Source: a virus. From it: a stretch of 64,000 nucleotides of DNA. Positions 42,426 to 53,194 of the stretch are shown piece by piece. The stretch is taken from the IMG/VR virus record IMGVR_UViG_3300028844_005639; one strand, written 5' to 3'. Both the position numbers and the translations under genes were made by a program. The notes beneath the pieces are model-generated. The model was given only the letters and a program-made list of their open reading frames with translations. It made no database searches and was not told the DNA's origin. Position 1 is the stretch's first letter. Each line of letters opens with the position of its first letter.

Positions 42426-44420
42426 TTATTTTTTCCAATGACTCGCAATCTCTGCGTCTGCAGGGATAGGAACCGATTCACAAAATCGTGCTGCCGCATT
42501 TTCCATACAATCTTTAAGCACCACTTTGACCTGTTCTTGGATCACCGCGGGGCATTCTAACTGTATTTCATCATGCGCCATAACTACAATCTTAACTTCG
42601 TTTATGTAATCGTTTTCTTGAATCCAACGCATTACGTAAATAGCAGCCAGTTTGGTCATGTCTGCAGCTGTACCTTGAATAGGAAAGTTTAGTCCCTTTC
42701 TCTGAAACGTGCCTTGAAGCTGAAAATACTCTTTCACCAAAGGCTTAAATTCCTGCTGAAATTCGAAGTTATCCTCGGCTTTAGCTGTCCTGTATCTCTC
42801 CCAAAAACCCGTAGCACTTACTTGCTTCTTTAAGCTTAAGTATTTGTCATATCCGCCAAGGAATGAACGTCTACCAGACTTACTGTTAATCAGTACGTAA
42901 CCGTGTTTTAATGGAAAATCAGCCGCTTTTTTAAAGTAGCTTTTCAGTCCCGGAAATTTATCCATGAAGTATTTATAGGCTGCATCAGCTACTTCAATAG
43001 CAATACCGAGATTATCAGCAATGGTTTTACCATTACCTCCGTACGGTATTGCAAAAGTTCCAGGTTTCACAAACTGTCTTTTTTCAGGATGCAGAGCTTT
43101 AATCTTTTGATGAGTAAGACTTCGCAACTCTGGATAGACTGCCTGTGCCATCAAACAGTGTATATCCTTGGTAGGATCGTTCACATAAGCAAGGTACTCT
43201 CTATCACGACTCATGTCCGCTAGTACTCTAGTTTCTTGACCAGAGTAATCCGCTCCTACAATAACATTACCGGCTTCTGCTGTAAAGCATTTTCTAGTAT
43301 GGTCTGCAGGTAAGTTCTGAATATTCGGATCATCTGAAGAAATACGTCCGGTATCCTTAATTTGCCTAAACGATGAATGAATTCTACCTGTCAAAGGTTT
43401 AATGTACTCGAGATAATTTTCTCCGTAAGTAGAAACTACTTTGGCAGCTTTTGAATATGCTTCGTAAAGGTTTAAGATAGGAAAATTTGCGGCGAACTTC
43501 ATAATGAACTTGAGCTCCACAGTATGCTTTTTGGTCTTCGAATTAAGAGTATCTATACCTAGTCCTTTAAACAACATTTTGACTTGTTGGTCAGAGCCCC
43601 AATTGATAATTACACCTTCGGTACCATCTGCAGGTTCCCCCTCAGCGTTAAACATTTCCCCTTGGTAACTGATAAACTGCGAAGTAGGATGTTTTTTTAA
43701 AACATAGTCATTAAGTTCTTGAATGGCTTTTGACAAGTTTATCTTGTCTTGAACCATTTTTTCTCTCCATTTCTTCTGATCTAAATGGATACCACCGTGA
43801 CTCATGTAAGTCATCGGTACTACAAATTTGTTTTCCAGGTTGGCTACTCTAAGAAGATCTTGTTTTTCAAGCGCTTTAGATTGCGCTTCATGGAGTTTAT
43901 GTAAGTACTTTACATCATCTGCAGCATAGACTACTACTCTAGTAGAAAGTCCTTCTCGATGAATGTGGCCCCGAACACTCTTATCTAATTGAACTTTTAA
44001 GTATCGATCAGCACAAGATGCAAGCCCACGATAACCTTTAAACAGCAGTAAACCAGTTGTAAGTACAGATTCTTGAAGAAATGTATCAATACATTGCATT
44101 GGATAAACGCCATGATGGAATAGAAATCGTAAATCAAAGTTCAAGTTATGTCCTATGATCGTAGATTCTTCGATAATGTCTTTAAAAGCTTTAAGCGGTA
44201 CAGTAGTATTGTCTATGACATACTGATCAGAGCCGCCATCAGAGAGCTGCGTACAGAGTAGTTCGCAACTAAATGGGTCTAATCCTTTAGTTTCAGTATC
44301 TAAAGCCAAGAGAGGAGCCCCTTTAAGGGCTTCTCTAGCTTTTTCAACATTCACTTTACGTATTAAATCTGGCGAGTACTGGTCAAATAACTCAGTCTGC
44401 TCCGTTATTAGATAAATCAT
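42426..44420 (-). CDS. polA: family A DNA polymerase with 3'-5' exonuclease domain
   Basis: Exo I LALDTETKG, Exo II IGHNLNFDLRFL, Exo III YAADDVKYL. Pol motif A VGADYSGQETRVLA, motif B RQFVKPGTFAIPYGG, motif C VMAHDEIQLE. Start chosen at MIYLITEQ. The track ORF extends to 44462. Confidence 0.9.
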   Translation of the reverse strand: MIYLITEQTELFDQYSPDLIRKVNVEKAREALKGAPLLALDTETKGLDPFSCELLCTQLSDGGSDQYVIDNTTVPLKAFKDIIEESTIIGHNLNFDLRFLFHHGVYPMQCIDTFLQESVLTTGLLLFKGYRGLASCADRYLKVQLDKSVRGHIHREGLSTRVVVYAADDVKYLHKLHEAQSKALEKQDLLRVANLENKFVVPMTYMSHGGIHLDQKKWREKMVQDKINLSKAIQELNDYVLKKHPTSQFISYQGEMFNAEGEPADGTEGVIINWGSDQQVKMLFKGLGIDTLNSKTKKHTVELKFIMKFAANFPILNLYEAYSKAAKVVSTYGENYLEYIKPLTGRIHSSFRQIKDTGRISSDDPNIQNLPADHTRKCFTAEAGNVIVGADYSGQETRVLADMSRDREYLAYVNDPTKDIHCLMAQAVYPELRSLTHQKIKALHPEKRQFVKPGTFAIPYGGNGKTIADNLGIAIEVADAAYKYFMDKFPGLKSYFKKAADFPLKHGYVLINSKSGRRSFLGGYDKYLSLKKQVSATGFWERYRTAKAEDNFEFQQEFKPLVKEYFQLQGTFQRKGLNFPIQGTAADMTKLAAIYVMRWIQENDYINEVKIVVMAHDEIQLECPAVIQEQVKVVLKDCMENAAARFCESVPIPADAEIASHWKK

Positions 44421-44775
44421 AAGCGATGTTTTTAAAGGTAATGTCGTGCGTACTGAGGTCATCTTCGTTTAATATGCCAGTTTCGACTAATGCGCTAATT
44501 CTATAATTGAAGACAGCGTCGTCTAGCATAGCACAAGTTTCAGGATCACATAACGCATATTCTCCGTTAGGCATCAGTTCTCTCCAAGAGCCATTCGAGA
44601 TAAACACCGCTAATCGATGTAATTGCGTTTTGCCTATGAAGAATTTTTTTCGTGAAAACCACAGCTTAACTATGTACTTATCCTGTTCTTCATTATAAAT
44701 AGGTAGCACATTAGCAATGTGGTCATAGTACCATGTAAGTTTCATCTCTCTATTGGTTTTTTGTTTTTGATGCAC
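44392..44775 (-). CDS. hypothetical protein (127 aa)
   Basis: First ORF downstream of the tmRNA on the minus strand. Confidence 0.6.
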   Translation of the reverse strand: MHQKQKTNREMKLTWYYDHIANVLPIYNEEQDKYIVKLWFSRKKFFIGKTQLHRLAVFISNGSWRELMPNGEYALCDPETCAMLDDAVFNYRISALVETGILNEDDLSTHDITFKNIAYDLSNNGAD

Positions 44776-44840
44776 AGGTTTACCAGCAGGGTCTCAGCCG
44801 TAGCTACCCTGTGGTCTAACTGTCTACATAATTGGTGTTT

Positions 44841-45252
44841 TGGTGGAGGCGCCGAGATTCGAACTCGGGTCCATATTGTACTCACTACAATTTTTCTACA
44901 TGTTTAGGATAGAGCCGAGCTCTCCATGGATCAAAAACTTTTTGTGGTGTATAAGGCTCACACTTAAGTAGAGGTTTACGATCATTATCTCGATTCTGTG
45001 AACACGCCCTACCACTAACTTAGTGGCCAAGACAGGCTTCTTAGGCAGCCATTGCAACCTCACGTACTTCTGTCTCCGCTGGGCGAAAAGAGATTACGTT
45101 GTTTTTCTCGGCAGCCAAAACGTCAGCTTTGGTACCTAGTGTTGAATCTACGTTGCCGTTTATTCATGATAATACGTATTTTTAGAGTGTCAATATCATT
45201 CACTCACATGCTTACAATTCTAACGTTACAACTGTCTATTCCAATCGCCCCC
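44841..45252 (-). ncRNA. ssrA: transfer-messenger RNA (tmRNA, SsrA), phage-encoded
   Basis: 5' GGGGGCG pairs with 3' CGCCUCC with a G3.U70 wobble. Discriminator A plus encoded CCA. T arm CCGAG-UUCGAAU-CUCGG. 5' GGGGGCGAUUGGAAUAGACAG and 3'-proximal CAUGUAGAAA resemble Bacteroidota tmRNAs. The internal tag frame ends ...EVAMAA-UAA. Confidence 0.85.
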
Positions 45253-45261
45253 ATAGGTTTG

Positions 45262-45269
45262 CAAAAATA
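45262..45269 (-). promoter_or_regulatory. -7 box TATTTTTG (TAnnTTTG) 9 nt upstream of the tmRNA 5' end
   Basis: Plus-strand CAAAAATA at 45262-45269. The spacing to the RNA 5' end is the same as at the tRNA(CAU) promoter. Confidence 0.45.
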
Positions 45270-45299
45270 AAAAAAGCCCCAACAATATTGTCAAGGCTC
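45264..45299 (-). terminator. intrinsic terminator downstream of groEL
   Basis: Minus sense: AGCCUUGACAA-ua-UUGUUGGGGCU, an ~11-bp stem including G.U pairs, followed by UUUUUUUAUUUUU. Confidence 0.65.
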
Positions 45300-45324
45300 T
45301 TTTTATTCCACTAATTATTCAACT

Positions 45325-47273
<1,949 letters not shown>

Positions 47274-47448
47274 ATTACTGTGTGTTAAAGCCACTCAATG
47301 CGAGGGCAGTATTTATTCTTAAATCCTTTGATTGCTTCTATAGTAGGGGAATCTTCAGCCTTATTTCCGACTTTTTTAGATAACCACTCAACTAGGGTAG
47401 TGGCGGCAAAGATAACCAAAATGATTAATGCTACTTTTACTATTTATT

Positions 47449-47991
47449 TTACTTTGTCTTCAGAGGGTTAGCAAGAGTAGCTAAAGCTTCAAGCACATTA
47501 GCTCGAGCTTCTTCTGAATTTTCTACCTCTTTATCGAATTTACTCTCAAATTCAAGACGCCATTCATGGTCACCGTCACCATAAGGTAGTAACTTGATGT
47601 AATCTGTTTTAGCTAAATTCATAAGCTGTATGCAGATTACAAGTCTTTTAATAGCAAAATCAAAATGTAAAGCAGTAGTTTTTTCTGGAACTTGGCCGTA
47701 AGAGTAATAAAAAGCAATGAATATAGGATCCAGGACACAACTTGGATTCGAATCCAACATGGTACCAAGTGCTACATTATCTTGCCGAAACTCTTCAAAC
47801 AGTTTAAAACACTGATAATCAGCGTTGCTTAGAGATAAAAGAAAGCCAAATAAAGTATTCGCACCTTGTTTTACCCAATCAGTTACAAACTCGGATACTA
47901 AACTACTAGTCCGGCTCTCCAATTGTCTAAGTTTTGTAGATTCTCCTTGAATAAGCTTATTTAGCAAGGCTTTGTAATCTTCTTTGTTCAT
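47449..47991 (-). CDS. hypothetical protein (180 aa)
   Basis: ORF with the first ATG at 47991 (MNKEDYK). The track start at 48021 is non-ATG. Confidence 0.6.
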   Translation of the reverse strand: MNKEDYKALLNKLIQGESTKLRQLESRTSSLVSEFVTDWVKQGANTLFGFLLSLSNADYQCFKLFEEFRQDNVALGTMLDSNPSCVLDPIFIAFYYSYGQVPEKTTALHFDFAIKRLVICIQLMNLAKTDYIKLLPYGDGDHEWRLEFESKFDKEVENSEEARANVLEALATLANPLKTK

Positions 47992-48100
47992 GATAAAGGT
48001 TAAAGGTGAGATAAAACTCACGTAGAGCTCCAGCAGCCTTTAGTAGACTGCTGAAAAAACTCTTACATGAGGTTTTAGTTACTTGTGAGACCAACGTCGC

Positions 48101-48379
48101 TTAGAAAAGCTCTGATTGGAATCCTTCAAGTCGGCCTAAGCCTTTTTTGTAACCTTCGATCGCGTCTTCAACTTCGACAAGTGCGCCGAAATCCAAGTTT
48201 ACACTACTTAGCATAGCAGTTCTTTCTTTTTGGGCTCTACCCAGAGATTGCTTTGTGGCTAAGATGTCCGCTTGCAATTGAAGCTGCTTTTGTTCTACCA
48301 GAGACTGTACTGCCTCTTGGTCTTTCTCCTCTTGTGATTTTGACAAGAGTTCGAGGTACTTTGACTGATTTTCCGCCAT
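48101..48379 (-). CDS. hypothetical coiled-coil protein (92 aa)
   Basis: Heptad-like sequence rich in E, Q and L. Its 5' 143 nt lie inside the 3' end of the upstream ORF in another frame. Confidence 0.5.
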   Translation of the reverse strand: MAENQSKYLELLSKSQEEKDQEAVQSLVEQKQLQLQADILATKQSLGRAQKERTAMLSSVNLDFGALVEVEDAIEGYKKGLGRLEGFQSELF

Positions 48380-49166
48380 TTTGTACGTATTTATCTAAAT
48401 TAGCTAATTGTGCTGATATTGTATCAGCGTTAAATACAGGTTTATCCTGTGTTGTGTAGTACCCTTCCGGGTCTAAAATTTTACAAAACTGTTCAACTGA
48501 GACAGTACTATCTCCAGATTCTAAGTATGCTCCCCTAATACGGTTAATTCCGTAACTTCCTTCTGCTAATGAATCTGTACCTTCTATGTAAATTAATGCA
48601 TCACCTGTCGGCGGGATTGTAAACATACTACGTACAGTATCTGAAGAATGCCAATATGGAGAATTCCTTAAAATATTCTGTATACTCTTAGGCAAAAGTT
48701 CTCCTTCTTTGACAAGTACATCAACGTGAAAATAGTTATCCACATAATTGTGTAATTTCTTCCCAGTCATGTATAGCTTGCTATCCGAGAGTACAGTAGC
48801 TTTACTATGTACCCAAGGAAGCTGTATGCCAGCGTCATCAGCAGCTAATGCTACTGTAGACAAGAATTTAGGCAGAGATATTAATTGGTACCCTGACTTA
48901 GAATTTTGAAAATGCAGTGTATTAGCCCAAGAAGCTTTATTTGCTGCCGGTAATGCAAAAGCTGGAATATGAGTGGTTACAAGACTCTTCCTTGGAATAG
49001 GATTGCCTGAAGCATAAGTAAGAAATCCTTCCCGACACAGCCAATCAAATTGTGTTTCAAGCACTGTAGGTATTTCATTAGGAGGACGATCCATGACTAC
49101 AACAGTTTTACTAGTTAAGTATGGGTTAAGAGCTTGTTGAAAAGCTTGTATTTCATTTTCAGTCAT
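48237..49166 (-). CDS. hypothetical protein (~309 aa)
   Basis: Long ORF with ATG at 49166 (the track start at 49184 is TTG). The last ~47 aa are low-complexity and overlap the next ORF. Confidence 0.6.
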   Translation of the reverse strand: MTENEIQAFQQALNPYLTSKTVVVMDRPPNEIPTVLETQFDWLCREGFLTYASGNPIPRKSLVTTHIPAFALPAANKASWANTLHFQNSKSGYQLISLPKFLSTVALAADDAGIQLPWVHSKATVLSDSKLYMTGKKLHNYVDNYFHVDVLVKEGELLPKSIQNILRNSPYWHSSDTVRSMFTIPPTGDALIYIEGTDSLAEGSYGINRIRGAYLESGDSTVSVEQFCKILDPEGYYTTQDKPVFNADTISAQLANLDKYVQNGGKSVKVPRTLVKITRGERPRGSTVSGRTKAASIASGHLSHKAISG

Positions 49167-49245
49167 GCTGTAAGTTTTAAACAACTCAATCAGAGAGCCC
49201 TTTAATAAGGGCCCTCGATTAAGTCATCAATGAGTAGTGTGATTT

Positions 49246-49743
49246 TTACTCTTCTCCAGCAGCGTCAACCAAAGAAGCTACTTCTTCTTCTTCGGAAACT
49301 TCTGTTTCTCCAGTTAAGATGTAACCAGCTCTGCTAAAATGCTGACGGATGTTCGCTTCATTGGTGGCATCACCAAATACGATAACTGTTGCTGAGTTAG
49401 CAATGGTATCTCCTTCAGGCTTTTCAATCGTGTAAGGCTCTACAGCACGTTGCACGAAGTAACCTTCTACAAGATCTCCAGCTTGAAGATCATGTCCGAA
49501 ATGTGCTTCACCGATTGGCATACCGTCTGCATCTTTCTCAAGATAAGATTTTGGCCATGCGTTAAATCGTGAAGACTTCGAAGGTGTCTTGATCTTACGG
49601 TTCACTCCACCAATCACTTGATTCATAAAGCCCAAAGACTTCACACCAATCTGATTGTATGTAGCACCATTTTTGTCAGTTTTCTCAATGTTAGAGGTAA
49701 CTTCTAGAACAGTTTTCTCTACAGGTGTATTAGAATTTTTCAA
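49246..49743 (-). CDS. hypothetical protein (165 aa) with an acidic C-terminus
   Basis: ORF with an apparent TTG start. The C-terminus is ...ETEVSEEEEVASLVDAAGEE. Confidence 0.55.
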   Translation of the reverse strand: MKNSNTPVEKTVLEVTSNIEKTDKNGATYNQIGVKSLGFMNQVIGGVNRKIKTPSKSSRFNAWPKSYLEKDADGMPIGEAHFGHDLQAGDLVEGYFVQRAVEPYTIEKPEGDTIANSATVIVFGDATNEANIRQHFSRAGYILTGETEVSEEEEVASLVDAAGEE

Positions 49744-49755
49744 TTTGTTTCAATT

Positions 49756-50169
49756 TTAATTTAGGTTAAGGAAAATAGGATTAAGTACTTTAATCACAGT
49801 CTCTTTACGCTCGGTAAATTCACGCTCGTCAAGAAGACGGTACTTACATTCACGCCTAAGGAAGTCAATTCTTCCCCAAACTTTACTTCCGATGTGACCT
49901 CGGAAATTTTTTGGAATCACAATATCTCTGTTGTTGTAGATTTTGATTCCTTTTCTTTCAAGAACTTTAGCACAACCAGCTTCATCAAATTCACGACGTT
50001 TAGCATACCGCTTTTGTCCGTCATTTTTCATTGAAGCCCACTCTGCTGTAGACATAAAAGGAGGTTTTGGAGCAGTCACTGCTCCTGTACCATGTGCCGG
50101 CTTCATCACATTCTCATAATGCTTGTAGTTTCTCTCCAGCACTCTATCGATTGATTTCTGTCGTCTCAT
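49756..50169 (-). CDS. hypothetical basic protein (137 aa)
   Basis: ORF, tightly packed. Confidence 0.6.
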   Translation of the reverse strand: MRRQKSIDRVLERNYKHYENVMKPAHGTGAVTAPKPPFMSTAEWASMKNDGQKRYAKRREFDEAGCAKVLERKGIKIYNNRDIVIPKNFRGHIGSKVWGRIDFLRRECKYRLLDEREFTERKETVIKVLNPIFLNLN

Positions 50170-50171
50170 GA

Positions 50172-50549
50172 TTAATATCCTAATTTGTTTGATTCTCGAT
50201 TGCTTTTTTCTTTTTTCTTGATGTTGTTGATAAACACATGTCGTTTACCCTTACCATCATAGTAGATAGCATACACTACTCTTGGTATGTCATGTTGTAG
50301 GATCGGATTAGCTAACTCAAGACCCTGAACCTTTTTCATTTTAGGTTTCCCGGTTTTCTTGACGGTAACAATTTTCCCATCCTTAGTTTTCACGGGCTTT
50401 AAGACGTCAACTTGACAAATCTCTTTAGCACGTTCCAAGGTTTTGACCAACATTGACTTAACGCTTCCGTTGTTCCAAGGTAGTATGATCAATCGCTGCG
50501 TCGTAACATTTTCATACCCAGCGTAGTATATTTTCTCTGTTTTAGGCAT
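50172..50549 (-). CDS. hypothetical protein (125 aa from MPKTEKIYY)
   Basis: The internal ATG at 50549 reduces the overlap with the upstream ORF to 8 nt. The track ORF extends to 50627. Confidence 0.55.
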   Translation of the reverse strand: MPKTEKIYYAGYENVTTQRLIILPWNNGSVKSMLVKTLERAKEICQVDVLKPVKTKDGKIVTVKKTGKPKMKKVQGLELANPILQHDIPRVVYAIYYDGKGKRHVFINNIKKKEKSNRESNKLGY

Positions 50550-51099
50550 GACTTTTACGAGTTTTGCGATTAGACTTTTTGTTTTTCTTTGCGAACGCTG
50601 CTTCACGCTCGAGTCGTTTCTTCTCAATGAAGATTAAGTACGGATCTGGTTCAATAGGACCAAGGAATTGATACTCCTTAGCCTTTTCTATAAACTCTTG
50701 CACGAACTTGGGAGTACTGATACCCAAATATTCGAAGAGCTCTGCAGGCTTGATCTTATCAATCATTACAATTGATGCATCGGATACCAACATACCTTCA
50801 GTGAAGAAACCTATTTCTCGGATTCTATAGAACCCTTTGGAGTCTGTGATAATCTCATCCAAAGACACTTTATGCCCATCTACGTATGTTTCTAGACACT
50901 TTTCTTCAGTGTTCCAGCAACATAGTACTAAAGGGTTATGTTTCTTCGGAAATACAATTCCTCGTGTTGTTCCGAATTGTTCTCCACGTAATCGGATTAG
51001 TATCCTACGTTTAGACTTGTATTCAGCAACATTTCTAGCAATCTTCTCGTCCTCGAGAGAGATGTGCACACCATCAATGGTTTTAAACTTCCGATCCAT
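50542..51099 (-). CDS. hypothetical protein (~185 aa)
   Basis: ORF with the start uncertain. ATG candidates at 51150, 51138 and 51099. Confidence 0.55.
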   Translation of the reverse strand: MDRKFKTIDGVHISLEDEKIARNVAEYKSKRRILIRLRGEQFGTTRGIVFPKKHNPLVLCCWNTEEKCLETYVDGHKVSLDEIITDSKGFYRIREIGFFTEGMLVSDASIVMIDKIKPAELFEYLGISTPKFVQEFIEKAKEYQFLGPIEPDPYLIFIEKKRLEREAAFAKKNKKSNRKTRKSHA

Positions 51100-51298
51100 G
51101 ATCTTCGATTTTTGATTCAACTTCAGCCTGTTGGCCATACTTATCCTCATACTCTTGTTCTATGCGGGCCCACTCTTGGTCGGTCTCGTCATAGTCAAGC
51201 ATGCCGGCTTCTCTTAGCCGTTTGTACCCTACTTGGTCATCTCGTCGAAGACCTAGTTTGGGCAGTACGCGTCTCTCCGTTATAGGTAGATTAGTCAT
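51083..51298 (-). CDS. hypothetical acidic protein (71 aa)
   Basis: First ORF downstream of the 0.8-kb non-coding island. Confidence 0.5.
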   Translation of the reverse strand: MTNLPITERRVLPKLGLRRDDQVGYKRLREAGMLDYDETDQEWARIEQEYEDKYGQQAEVESKIEDHGSEV

Positions 51299-51957
51299 AC
51301 TTATGGTATTAAATGAAATTCAAGGTGCCTACCTCGAACAATCCTCTAAGAGTCAAGTTCTTTCGTCACATCAGACTGTAATAAAAGAAAGATGAATAAT
51401 TTAGCACCATCCTTACGAATGGTCTAGCTGCCAACTCCTCAATATATACGAAACCATAGCAACTACTTTAGTTTCTTTATCTTACAGCATACAGCTAAAT
51501 GTAGTATGACTGATTACATCTGTAAGCCCTCTCAAATGGCATTTCAAGGGTACATTGTGTAAGGTTATATAGGCTATCAAATCAACTATCCAATTAAGCT
51601 CACATGACGAGCACCTACTTTCCCTTACTTTTCTTTTGAATTCTATGTCTCCCCTGAGTCATGATCTGACGGGTGGCATAGAGTCAATATATACTTCGCT
51701 GATTTTCAACTCCCAGTATATATCTATCAAGGTTTCAAGGTTTAACCTTTTCAATATAATAAGTAGAATCCGGCTTTAGGCAACACTCTTCGGTTAGAGT
51801 GATTGAAGGGTTTTTGACCCACCCACCTGCGAACAGGCCCTGCGAACAGGTGATCTCACGCACTCGGTTTTATTATGTGCTGGCTTCACCTACTTATTAA
51901 ATCTTCCCGAGTATAGCTCCTGTAGTTACCCGCTAACACTCAGGCTCGAGAAGACAG

Positions 51958-51977
51958 AGCTCCATCGGAGTTTTTTT
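51958..51977 (+). terminator. weak intrinsic-terminator-like hairpin on the plus strand inside the non-coding island
   Basis: AGCUCC-AUC-GGAGUU followed by a U run (T7 at 51971-51977). Confidence 0.3.
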
Positions 51978-52102
51978 CTCGTAAATTTCTGCGTAGCGCA
52001 GGACTTGAAACTGCATCTCATTGAGCATTTAAGAAAGCTTCCCTTCTAAGTTCTTCAATTCGATCCTTGCTGATTTACTTAGCAAGAGCTACGACTAGTA
52101 TC

Positions 52103-52306
52103 TTAAAACCAACCAATGAAATACCAAATCGCCGCTAATACTGAAAGTAAAAGAGCCGGTACAGTAATATCGATTGTTTGTGCTTTTTTCGTGAAGACTG
52201 CAAGCAAGTTAATTGCTATTACAAACCCTGAATACACCATGACTGCTAGCCACAGTATATTCAGTAGTAAGTGCCAGTTCATGACAATAGTGTTATCAAG
52301 AACCAC
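52103..52306 (-). CDS. small membrane protein (67 aa, two predicted TM helices)
   Basis: WHLLLNILWLAVMVYSGFVIAINLLAVF and VPALLLSVLAAIWYFIGWF. Confidence 0.55.
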   Translation of the reverse strand: MVLDNTIVMNWHLLLNILWLAVMVYSGFVIAINLLAVFTKKAQTIDITVPALLLSVLAAIWYFIGWF

Positions 52307-52375
52307 ATTATTGTAAGAAAGCCTATCACCGGGATGGCTTCGAAGATCTTCTTTTTCATGAGTTTCAATTTAGGA

Positions 52376-52615
52376 TTAAGGTAATGCCATGCATTCTACT
52401 GATTCCGAAGACAAGACGATATCAATGAGACCATCTTCTACTACTTCTGAATGTATCACGTCCATGGTTGCCATGATACTACACAATTGGTGAAGGTTAA
52501 TGTTTAGACCAGTTATGATCAACATTCCTAAACCAGCTTCAACACATCTCCTTCTGGAAATGCATCGAGCTGTAAGGCTTGCGTAACTCTTTCTACTTTG
52601 TAAGTAAATGAACAT
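52376..52615 (-). CDS. hypothetical protein (79 aa)
   Basis: ATG-initiated ORF in an otherwise unoccupied gap. Composition is unremarkable. Confidence 0.35.
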   Translation of the reverse strand: MFIYLQSRKSYASLTARCISRRRCVEAGLGMLIITGLNINLHQLCSIMATMDVIHSEVVEDGLIDIVLSSESVECMALP

Positions 52616-52634
52616 AACGCTATAGATTTAATAG

Positions 52635-52943
52635 TTATCTGTCCCAACGATACTGACAATCAGAAATACGTTGAGTTAAGTACATACCCTTAGGATTAGC
52701 TTCAGCTAGTCCTGGATAGTCAGAGGTGACAACAACATCATAATTCATGTTGTATTCGAGTCCGCAAAATTCAATGCGTTCCGATAGTATGATACTGTTA
52801 GGTATAGGTGTGCCTTGTCCTGTGACTAACCAAGATTGGTATCTACAGGAGTAACAAGGTGATGGATCATTACAGGCAGTAAGAAATACTGCCCATAATG
52901 CCATCATCACAGCGGTGACCAAGTTGTTTCTTTGTTTTTTCAT
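52635..52943 (-). CDS. predicted lipoprotein (102 aa)
   Basis: MKKQRNNLVTAVMMALWAVFLTAC is a signal peptide with a lipobox. Confidence 0.6.
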   Translation of the reverse strand: MKKQRNNLVTAVMMALWAVFLTACNDPSPCYSCRYQSWLVTGQGTPIPNSIILSERIEFCGLEYNMNYDVVVTSDYPGLAEANPKGMYLTQRISDCQYRWDR

Positions 52944-53194
52944 GTGTAAGGGTAATTATCATTATCGTAGTCCGGATCAAGATAATCATCATCATCGTCT
53001 GATGTGATAAACATGTCGATGCCTATGAAAACACCCATCAGACAGAATAAGAGAATCCATCCCCGAACGACTCCATGAGTCATCACTTGAAAAAAGTCGA
53101 AACTTCCTAAAGACACTAGCCAGGATAAGCTTACCACTATAAGTGGAAGACAGCAAATGACTAAGATTGTGACTACTTGTTTAGCTTCTTTCAT
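52940..53194 (-). CDS. small membrane protein (84 aa) with an acidic tail
   Basis: Two hydrophobic helices, then SDDDDDYLDPDYDNDNYPYT. Confidence 0.55.
   Translation of the reverse strand: MKEAKQVVTILVICCLPLIVVSLSWLVSLGSFDFFQVMTHGVVRGWILLFCLMGVFIGIDMFITSDDDDDYLDPDYDNDNYPYT

Noticed and set aside
45052-45270. 72-aa plus-strand ORF from the track
   Set aside because: It lies entirely antisense within the tmRNA gene and its promoter and terminator. The sequence looks non-protein-like.
47283-47440. Possible small TM protein (..VKVALIILVIFAATTLVEWLSKKVGNK..IEWL) between the 47449 gene and groES
   Set aside because: The frame is open, but it has no ATG or GTG start and only an internal TTG. It also contains a TAnnTTTG-like box. 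There is not enough support to call it.
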